Assembly: GCA_001724245.1 (NCBI GenBank)
Contig: MEDX01000006.1
Span: forward strand, 45,075 to 65,074
Reading direction: 5' to 3'
DNA from: Fonticula-like sp. SCN 57-25
Taxonomy: Eukaryota
DNA length: 20,000 nucleotides
Under the pieces are notes generated by a model, which saw nothing but the letters and a program-made list of their open reading frames with translations, did not search any database and was not told the DNA's origin. Position 1 is the first letter of the stretch, and every line of letters begins with the position of its first letter. Shown here in pieces: positions 10,501 through 18,926 of the stretch. A program made the position numbers and the translations under genes.

Positions 10501-11323
10501 GTCAGGTCCGCCAGCCGCCGCTCAAGGTCTTGCAAAAACGCTTGGTGATTCTCGTACTTTAGGTAGAGCGTCGCGCGCGAAAACTCAGTCAAAAGATCCT
10601 CAAAAAGAGACATGATTTTGTGCGGCTCGCTCGTGATGTAGCTGAGGCAAAGGGGGCGAACGTAGCCGCGCGCCTGAATGTCGCTCAGCGTGCAGTAGTG
10701 GACCTTTACAGCCGCCAGTTAAGTAAATACATAAAGAGCACAGGGCAACAGCGCGCGTACATAGGCATAGAGCGGCGGCGCCTTGTCGCTTCCCGCGCCC
10801 CGGCCGCTGGCGGGCTCCCCTGCGCCCTTGGTAGCGTTCTCAGTCAGAAAAACCTGCGAATCTTCCGGGATCTGAAAGTAGTCCGGCCTACGCGATTGTC
10901 AACTGTGAGCAAACGGGCAGGGGATGGGGCGTGCTGGTTGCTCGTACGTGTGTTTGATCTGGTAGTCCACCGTCATGATGCGCAGCACAAAGGCATTGGT
11001 GTCGAATGGGGGATCCAGCAGCGCCGACTCTGGCAGGGAGAAAAGGGGAATTGGACCCTCATGCTCGGAAAACTCTGATACCAGAATAAAGTCGTCGCGC
11101 GCGGGCGTGCGCTTGGCCGACGACGAGGAGGCACCGGTGGGTGACGAGGCGGTCACAGGGCCGGAAAACCGATCCTCGGCGAGCTGCAGAGTAAAGGCAA
11201 ACGGAAGAAAAGTCGCGTCAGACAAAAAGAGAATGAAAGAACACTAAATTAACACAAAAATGAAAAAGGATCACGCACGAAGCCAGACGCCTCCGGCTCG
11301 CCAGGGCCTACGCCGGGATCCAT
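7566..11323 (-). CDS. SMCR8: SMCR8-like folliculin/DENN-family protein (C9orf72 complex partner); about 18 exons
   Basis: The spliced protein contains DDFILVSEFSEHEGPIPL, FVLRIMTVDYQ, AY|VHYCTLSDIQARGYVRPFCLSYITSEPHKIM...EFSRATLYLKYENHQAFLQDLERRLADL, FDTRLRSIELLC, VYSLLKGRTVVI and DRDIIE|YLCEVVK, all matching remembered SMCR8 blocks. About 17 GT-AG introns were reconstructed by hand (e.g. 11184-11278, 10704-10760, 10389-10439, 10049-10096, 8814-8864). The start at 11323 is inferred. Confidence 0.85.
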
Positions 11324-11526
11324 TGGCGCTCACCACCGGCCGACGGTAGTTTGCAGTTTGCACTGTTATGGGTTCTGATCTGTTTCTGATAATTATGGCC
11401 TCAATTATGGTATGAATCACATTCTACAAGCAAAATAGCAAATAAAACTATGTACAGCGCGTGCAAAACAGCAATAAAACACATACAAGTATATGCTGTC
11501 CGCACAACACAAAAGGCTAGGGCGAA

Positions 11527-14500
11527 TTACGAGTACGGATGGGCCTTTGAGATCTCGCCGAGGTAGGAGAGGACGTCGTCGTGCGAAAAGCCGACGAGTT
11601 CCTGCAGCGGCTGCGAGTAGCAGCGCATAGCGAGGTCACCGAAATGCCTCACGCGGTCCATCAGCTCGTTCTGCACATGATGCCACACGACCTGAAACAG
11701 GCCCTCTTCCTGCGAAAAGTGCTTGGCAATCCCCTTGTACGCCAGCTCGAGCGTCTTTTTAAGCTACACGACGCACAGGCGCGCGTGAGTAAAAACAAAG
11801 ACAAAGTCTTTTCAAATCGTACGTCTTTGCCTGCATTCTGGCCAACCGCCTTGCTCAGCGCCTGCTTATTGAACGCGAGCTGGAACGCCACTTCCTCGTC
11901 CTTTTTGGACACGAGCAGCCTGTCTACCCCCTCAAAGAACTCTCCGAGCTTGCCCGCCGCACCCTTGGCCGACCACTGCACGTAGGCAGCAAGGTACTGG
12001 TCGTACAGCAGGCGCGCGTCCTTGATAAAGGGCTCCAGACACGCCACCTTGAGGCCATGCAGGCTGCTGAACAGGTGGTGGCAATTTTCTGCAACCATAA
12101 TGTTTGCGTTCCGCAGCTCCTTCTCGTCCAAGCCTGCCTTGTCCCACGTGGGCGTAGACACGGTCGGCGTCGGGGCGGTGCCCTTCATGTAGAGCGGCAG
12201 CGCGCGCAGGAGCGCCGCAGTGATGGTTGTGTACGCGTTCTCCACCAGCTCGCGCGCCTCGCTGTGCCCCTCGCTGCCGAGGAAGCTCTCCAGGCGATGC
12301 ACCAGATGCTACCAGCGCCATAAGTGTCAGCCAAAACAAAAACAGGCAGCGAGCCGTACGGGAAACGTCTTGAAGGACGCCCACACGCCGCTGCGCTTCC
12401 TGAGCCCGCCGACGCGCGCTTCGGTGATACTCGTCGTCTCGAGATGAACAAACCGCTCGAACGGCGGGATACACTTTGCCTTGACGAGCTGGTTCATCGT
12501 GGCACCCAGGAACGACGACGGCGAGCATAGCGCGTGGCGGCCCAGTTCGTCCACGCACACGGAGAAGGCGACCGCAAGCCTGCACGGGACGGGTAAGAAT
12601 GCGGCAACGCTACCAAAAAAGAGCACTAAAACGCACGTTGGGTCCAGCTTGATGCTGCCGTCCATCAGCGCGCTCAGCTCCACAATCAGCGCCTCAAACA
12701 GGCTGCCCATCAGGGCCATCAAGTGGCCATTGATCTGCGTGCCGCCGGCTTCCGTGTCCTCGTGGTGGAAAAAGTCCACCAGAAGGCGGCGCTCACTCTC
12801 GGCGATGGGCAAAAGAGACTCAATCAGCGCACGAAAGGCCGCCGGCGCGGGTGGGAGGCGCTCTAGCGAGGAGGCAGACGCGCCAGTTCGATACATTACG
12901 TCAAAATCTATCGAGGAATTAGGAGAGTGAGAGCACAAATCAATACGCACCGCTGTCGGCCTTGGTGATGGCGCGCCGCTTGGCAATGGCAGATAGGGTT
13001 GTCGTCATCTGAGTCGCAAAGCCTATATTTGACCATTAGCGCCATTGCACGTAGCCAAACGCCCACGCACTGTATTCCGTCGTATCTTCCGACGTTCTCG
13101 AGAGCCTCGCAAAGTTCAGAATATCAACCAGTTCCTTGACCTGTCGCTTGTAAATGCGGCTCATCTGCTTCACATAAAGCTACACAAAGCCATGAGTTTG
13201 CATGCACAAAAAACAGAATCGTATTGCTATCGAAATAGAGCACAGCACAAAACGCAACAACAGAGGATATAAAGCGTACATCTTGAATAGCCACGAGCAT
13301 CTGTGGGTCCATTGCTTTCATCCACTCGGTGAGACTAGACATTGGCAACAGTCGATTATGGACCGTCACATCGTGCATGGTAACCTTGATCTTTTTAATC
13401 AGCGAATGGGTCGACGACGCGCCGACAAACGTCATTGGGTCGCCGCCCTCGGCTAAGCCGCCCCCGCTCTCCTTGAGCACGCCCAGGCAGCTGTCCACCA
13501 GCATTTCTATCGTCGCCTCCAAGTGGTTCCGCAGGCGCACGCTAAAGAGGCGCCGGTACTCTCGGAACTCGTTCAGGCGCTCGGACACGGCCAGCATGTC
13601 CTCGAGCCCTTCCATGTCGGCCGAGAGCGCCTCCTGGAGCGCCTTGGCCGCCGTCGTCAGCTGCGCCAGCGAGCTGGGCGAGTTGAACGACAGCGTTGTT
13701 GACGTGAGACTCACAATATACTCGGGCGCCAGCGTCAACGCATTCTACCCGGTGGTCGGTCAGGCGTCGCAAGCAAGAATAGAATGCATACCAGCACACG
13801 CGTCAATTCCGCCATAAGCAGTCGCTGATTCGCCGCCTGACGCCGCATGTCAACGTGCTTGGACTCTATAGTTCCCATATCCACCGCGAGCGCCTACACG
13901 AACCGTGAGCCCAGTTCCAACCATCGTCAGTCTGCGCACCTGAAGCCGGTCCTGCATCGAGTGCAGAATGCCGTCCAGGGAGTCGAGGTGCCGCAGCGTC
14001 GCATCTGTCCCGTCCAGGGTGGCGTGAAGTTGCTGGTCCGACTGGACGAGCGCATACACATTCGCCTAGCAGAGGGTGTGAGCAGCCGACGGGCACGGGA
14101 AATAGCAAAGTACCGATTCGAGGCCGATGAGCTCGGCGATGAGCCGCCTCTCCAGCGCAGCCGCGTCTGTGGCCTCCCAATCAACCTCTTGGAATGGCTT
14201 GGTGATCTCTGCCGAGAGGGCGCCGGTGCCGGTCTGGCCAGCCGCCATGGTCGATGCCGCGTCCTCGGCAAATGTCAGGTGCTGGTACCGATCTACAGGC
14301 AGCGCAATGAGCGACGCAGAGAGACAAGGCGCGGCGCACCTTCAAGCCGCGTCAAGTCTACCATTCTCACTTGCGGGGTCACATGCAACAAATTCCGTGA
14401 CATGGATATAAGGGCCCAGAGGAACGCATCGCGCCGGGTGATCGAGTCGGTCGAGAAACGATGCGCATAGCGGTCGATGAGCAGGGTAAAGTAGTACCGC

Positions 14501-14806
14501 TTCTCGCGGCCACTGTCGCCGTCAATGCGGGAAAGATCCTCCATCTTCCACACTTTATGGAGCTTGTAGCCTCCATGGAGTAGGATCTTGATTGTGACGA
14601 TCCTCGGCTTGCCGTCACGCACTACAGTCGCTGAGCAAAAACAAGCGGTGATGAGGCTGCGTACACGCAATGCCGACGAGGCGGAGCTTTGTAGTACGCC
14701 GGGCCCGCTTCACAAGGTGCTCCATCACCTTGACAACCACGGGGAGCGTCTCATTTGGCCCTAGGACTTGCTGCGCGATCGTCGCGCGCACCGCCGGCTC
14801 GTCCAT
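11527..14806 (-). CDS. SEC3: Exocyst complex component Sec3/EXOC1; about 12 exons
   Basis: N-terminal PH-like region (VKVMEH...KVWKMEDLSRIDG), then LERRLIAELIGLESANVYAL and MLAVSERLNEF. Further on are RKRSGVWASFKTFP, NIMVAENCHH and C-terminal HFSQEEGLFQVVWHHVQNE...RCY...FSHDDVLSYLGEISKAH, like EXOC1 LLQVVWHSMQDEF...IAQSH. About 11 GT-AG introns; stop TAA at 11529-11527. Confidence 0.9.
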
Positions 14807-14993
14807 CTCTGCCGCCTGTCTGCCGCCCTGGCTCCGTCAACTGGTTTGCAGTTTGCACCACACTTTTGCAGTTTGCATCGATTTCGATTGTTCGATTGTG
14901 CATGCATTGTTTGCACTTGCATACGAATATTCAAAGCTTTGTTGTTTTTGACAGCCGTTTCGCCATTTTCGCAGCAATTCCGTGCGTCACGCC

Positions 14994-16163
14994 ATGGCAC
15001 CGTGGGAGCGCTGGAGGGTGGCTGGATATATAGCCAGCCATGTGTTCCAGGCATCGCAGATCGCATGCACCGTGCTTGCGGTCTACTATACAATGCAGGG
15101 GCCCGCGGGCGCCTTTTACGGCGGCACGCCGCTCTACTTTGAGCTTGCAAGCAGTGCCGCCCCCACACTTGCAATGCCAGCGCAGCCTTGGCTTGACAAT
15201 GCAACATGCGCAATCGTGCGTACCGACGCGCCGCCAGCGGACGCGAACGCGTACTGCGCTGCTGCCGCCGATTCGTGCCTCGCCGGGATCTGCAACACGA
15301 CGATGGCGGCCGGTGCTTCCTGGTCGGGCATATGGCAGGCCGAGAGTGCGCCATTGTTCTTGGCAAGCAATTTGCAGGGGACGTGTCGGATGCCGGCAGA
15401 GGGTCTGGACGGCTATGCTGCGCTGCTGACGATGAGCGCCCTTCCGGCGATCCTTTATGTCTACATCGGCCTGAGCGGGGCGGCATTTCTGCTCAGCGCG
15501 GTTTTCCGCAGGCGGCAAAAGGACGACGGCAGCCGCTCAATGTTTTTATTTACCGTCGCGCTCATGATATCGGCCATGTCGTACACGCTGCTTGCGATGT
15601 GCCTGGCGGTCACCCTGCAGGCCGGGTGCGTCGAGTGCATGCGGCTCGCTGCGTGCCCGCCGGGCAGCCCGCTGACGTGCAACGCTGCGCTTCCGATGCC
15701 ACTCGCGGTGGTCAGTCTTGCGCTGACGGTCGTCGTTTCAGTGCACTGGCTCCTGTTCATGGTGTACGTGTACGAGATGGGCGGCTGCGGCGGCCGGGGC
15801 GTCCGCAGCAGCAACGCGTGCGCGCGGCGCAGTGCAGGCTGCTCGATATGTCTTTTGCTTCCGTGCACCGCAGTCGTGCTTCTTGGAAGTCCGTTTATGT
15901 TTTCGCTTTTGCTATCGACTCCCGACAAGGCGGTCGTTTTCTTTGGCGTCATCGAAGAGCAAGCCTGGACGTCGCTCATGCTGGCCATTACACTGACAGG
16001 CACCATTTCGCAATCCCTAATCTTTTTCATTCCCATTTTCGCGCAGTTCATGTGCTGCTGCAGGTGTGCGCGGAGGCGGCAGGCGCGTGTGGGTGTGGAA
16101 AAGGGGTCGGGGTCCAAGATCGAGCTCGGATCGACAGACAATATCGAGGTCAATTCAAAGTAG
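14994..16163 (+). CDS. Intronless uncharacterised Cys-rich multi-pass (~6 TM) membrane protein
   Basis: An uninterrupted 389-aa ORF starts at GCCATGG and fills the space between SEC3 and CCDC43. It has about six hydrophobic stretches, with basic residues after TM2 and TM6, followed by AT-rich 3' sequence. No family recognised. Confidence 0.75.
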   Translation: MAPWERWRVAGYIASHVFQASQIACTVLAVYYTMQGPAGAFYGGTPLYFELASSAAPTLAMPAQPWLDNATCAIVRTDAPPADANAYCAAAADSCLAGICNTTMAAGASWSGIWQAESAPLFLASNLQGTCRMPAEGLDGYAALLTMSALPAILYVYIGLSGAAFLLSAVFRRRQKDDGSRSMFLFTVALMISAMSYTLLAMCLAVTLQAGCVECMRLAACPPGSPLTCNAALPMPLAVVSLALTVVVSVHWLLFMVYVYEMGGCGGRGVRSSNACARRSAGCSICLLLPCTAVVLLGSPFMFSLLLSTPDKAVVFFGVIEEQAWTSLMLAITLTGTISQSLIFFIPIFAQFMCCCRCARRRQARVGVEKGSGSKIELGSTDNIEVNSK

Positions 16164-16258
16164 CGCGGCTGCTATCCAAATATTCATATATCCATATGTA
16201 TACAGTACAAATATAAACACGAGCAAAAAGGCCCTCAAAAATGCAACAAAACCAATGC

Positions 16259-17022
16259 TTAGCCGCGCGGCCTCTCGCGCCTTTGCGTCCTCTTCCGTTC
16301 CTTTTCCTTCTTGAGCCTGTCCAATTCCTGCATCTCCTTCATCTTTTCCTTTTGCTTCGCCGACTCTTCCTTGGCACGCTCGCGCTGCGCCTTTTCGCGA
16401 TCGTGTACGTCCTTTGCGTTCCGGTTCTCCATGAGGGCGGCATCCGCGCGCCCCGCCGCGGAGCGGTCCTTGACGCGCACCTCCATGGACCCGTCGGCGC
16501 CCTCGACCAGCTCGTCCATGTCGTACGCGTACTTCATCAGAATCGCCTCGCGCTGCTTGCGCTCCTGCGACGTCAGCTGCGGAACGCTCCCGGGCGCACT
16601 GATGCCGTCCCGAATGCTGCCATACCCGTCGTCGTCCGCCGCCGGCGCGTTGTCTACCGCCAGCTGCTGCAGCGATGCAAGCACCTCCTTCTCCTTTTGG
16701 CGCGCTGTCTCAAGCGCCGCTTCACGTCGCTGCTGCTCCAGAGCGTCCGCCTCGGCCTCTGCGCGCGCAAGCTCCGCCATGATCTCGTCTACAACCTCGT
16801 CCATGGGGCGGCCGGCCACCTCCTCGAGGAATCCGCCGACGGCATCACGCTTGTCGTCCGCGTCGGTCGTCGTCTGAGAGCCGGGGTTAATGACGGCCAA
16901 GGCAACTGTCCAAAAGCGCGTACGTCAGAAAGGATACCGCTAATATACTCCTGGAACGCCTCGTCGGCGAGCCCGACCGACTGAAGCTTGCTCGCGAGCC
17001 ACGCAGCGTCCACCTCGGCCAT
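16259..17022 (-). CDS. CCDC43: CCDC43-like coiled-coil protein with N-terminal PWI-like helical domain; 2 exons
   Basis: N-terminal WLASKLQSVGLADEAFQEYISGIL and C-terminal ENRNAKDVHDREKAQRERAKEESAKQKEK...KEKERKRTQRRER resemble CCDC43 (WLDGRLEALGVD..YGAYILGIL; NTNVEDV...KEKEKKRTQRGERKR). Intron 16874-16923. Confidence 0.82.
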
Positions 17023-17096
17023 CACCACGGGAATAAGAGCAAATCAGAAAGGAATCAGCACCGATCAGTCACCATTTGGGCGGACGCGCAGCGGAA
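17023..17096. promoter_or_regulatory. 74-bp head-to-head intergenic region between CCDC43 and the DCAF4-like gene
   Basis: Start codons at 17022 (-) and 17097 (+). The region contains three ATCAG repeats. Confidence 0.55.
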
Positions 17097-18707
17097 ATGG
17101 CGGGAAGGCCCGAGATGCCGGGGTTCGTGTACGACGCGGAGCGGAATAGATACTTTAAAATAGCGCGATCAAACAATGCTCCCCAACACCCGTACCGACT
17201 GGACAACTTTATGAAGCGCAGCGAGCCGCCACCGACCGTGTACCGCGATCCTCGGCCCCGCGACACCCTCTTTCGACTCCTCTACCGACGAGAGGCCGCG
17301 CAGCCAAGCGGCCGCGCGCCAAGGTACGCGCATGCGCCGCATCGTATGTTGCTGACAATGTTAAATAGCCGACGCGATGCGGCGCGATGCGTATTGGCGC
17401 AGAGTGATCTCGTGTCGCAACTACAGCTGCGTGCGCCAGGCGTCGATTTCATAGAGGTACCGCCACTCTGTTGCCGCTGCCGCGCCTAACTCGTGCTGCC
17501 AGTATCACGAAGAGTCAAAGTACTTGTTTGTGAGCACAAAGCGAAGCGAGGAACGTCCGTTTGCGTACGGCCTGAGCCTTGTCGCACGCTGTACGCTAAC
17601 TTGCCCCCAGCTGCTACACCCTTTCGAACGGCGAATCTCTTTTAACATCGGACCGCGCGCGATTTCGCGGTTTCCCTAACGTACGTAGCCTTTCATTGAT
17701 AAACCAGAGCGCTTATAGCAGCTGTCCAGTATGGTTTCAAGTGTGTGTCATTTTCACCGATGCACGGAGCCAACTACTCCTGTGTCTGGGTCGGCATTCC
17801 AACGACAGAGGACATGATCGCGACAGTTTATGTACCGCCAGAAGGCGCCGCCAACGTGACCACAATGAAATTCCGAGGCGAGGCGACCTGTTGCCACTAT
17901 GCGCCAGACAGCGACCAGGTTGCCGTGGGCGCGTCGTCGAGGGTGGTCACCTTCAACCACGGCCGCCCGTCCCTATTTCAGACCATCCCGACCGTCAAGA
18001 GCTACATCTACGCCGTGCGGTGGTCAACAAGAGTGCGTCTGCTTTGTTATTGAGCGGTAGCTTACATTATGTGCGCGTGCACAGAGCACCGGCGTCCTTG
18101 CCGTGGCGTCCCGCGACGCCCACGTGCGACTTTTTGACCCGCGGGTGCCGCAGCGGCCGTCCGCAATGCGCAAGTTTCACTCTTCCGTCTGCGACGTCCG
18201 CTTTGTGGAAAAGGGGGGCGCCAGCGGGGTACTGGTGTCCACCATGGAGAACGGCGTACGTTCCTTTCTTTGTTGTGTACTTCTGGCTCACTCGCGCAGC
18301 TCCAATACTGCGACATGCGCAATATGGCGTCGCCCGTGCACGACTATGGCGGCCACGTTAACGATTTTGGCGTCTTTTCGATGGCCGTCGACAAGGACGC
18401 AAACTTTGTCGCCTTGGGTGCGTCAGAGCGCCATACGTCTCTATCACTAACGCATATAAAAGGTGGCTCCGACAACCGCGTGCGGCTGTGGGACATTGAC
18501 AGCGGGCAGCTCGTCTTTTCGTCGCGGACGCAGACACATCCGGTCACCGGTGTCGCTTTCGCCACGCATCCTGGAGGGTGCGCTGCTGACAATAGCGCCG
18601 TGCGCGGCTAACGAAGCGATAGGGAAAGGCCGCTGCTGTTTGCCAGCACAGGGAACCGCGTTTTTGCTCTGCTGAACGTCGCCTTGGACGCGGAGGAGGA
18701 GGACTAG
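17097..18707 (+). CDS. DCAF4/WDR21-like WD40 protein (DDB1-CUL4 substrate receptor); 9 exons
   Basis: N-terminal PEMPGFVYDAERNRYFKI matches the DCAF4/WDR21 motif (PELPGFYFDPEKKRYF). WD repeats include VRLFDPR, LQYCDMR...YGGHVN and GGSDNRVRLWDIDSGQL. Introns 17324-17368, 17457-17502, 17565-17610, 17681-17729, 18033-18084, 18256-18299, 18418-18462 and 18578-18622; stop TAG 18705-18707. Confidence 0.82.
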
Positions 18708-18926
18708 ACTTTCGGCCCGGTAATGTAAAGCATTGTATTGTATAGTATTTGTACAAGTAGTGTGGAAATTATAATACAACATGACATGCATCAGCAGTAT
18801 TTACAATACGCCAAAATATGTGGTGATCTTACGAGCTATAAAAACAATTCACGGTGGCAAAGCGTGCCATGCAAAATGCGCAATGAATAACCTGTCAAGC
18901 ACCTTGCGGCGCAAACCAAGCACATA

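Noticed and set aside
14631..14664. Apparent 34-nt ultra-short first intron of SEC3
   Set aside because: An in-frame alternative acceptor 9 nt further on gives a 43-nt intron (14622-14664) that fits the size range of the others. It cannot be resolved without transcripts.
7566..14806. Fragmented ORFs suggesting pseudogenes or a non-standard genetic code
   Set aside because: Every break is explained by a canonical GT-AG intron that restores the frame. No in-frame stops remain, and TAA, TAG and TGA are all used as terminators.
14931..16216. Overlapping long ORFs 15206-16216 (+), 15461-16153 (-) and 14931-15518 (-)
   Set aside because: These are Arg/Pro-rich alternate-frame translations typical of GC-rich DNA. 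Only the 14994-16163 frame has a good start context and coherent TM organisation.
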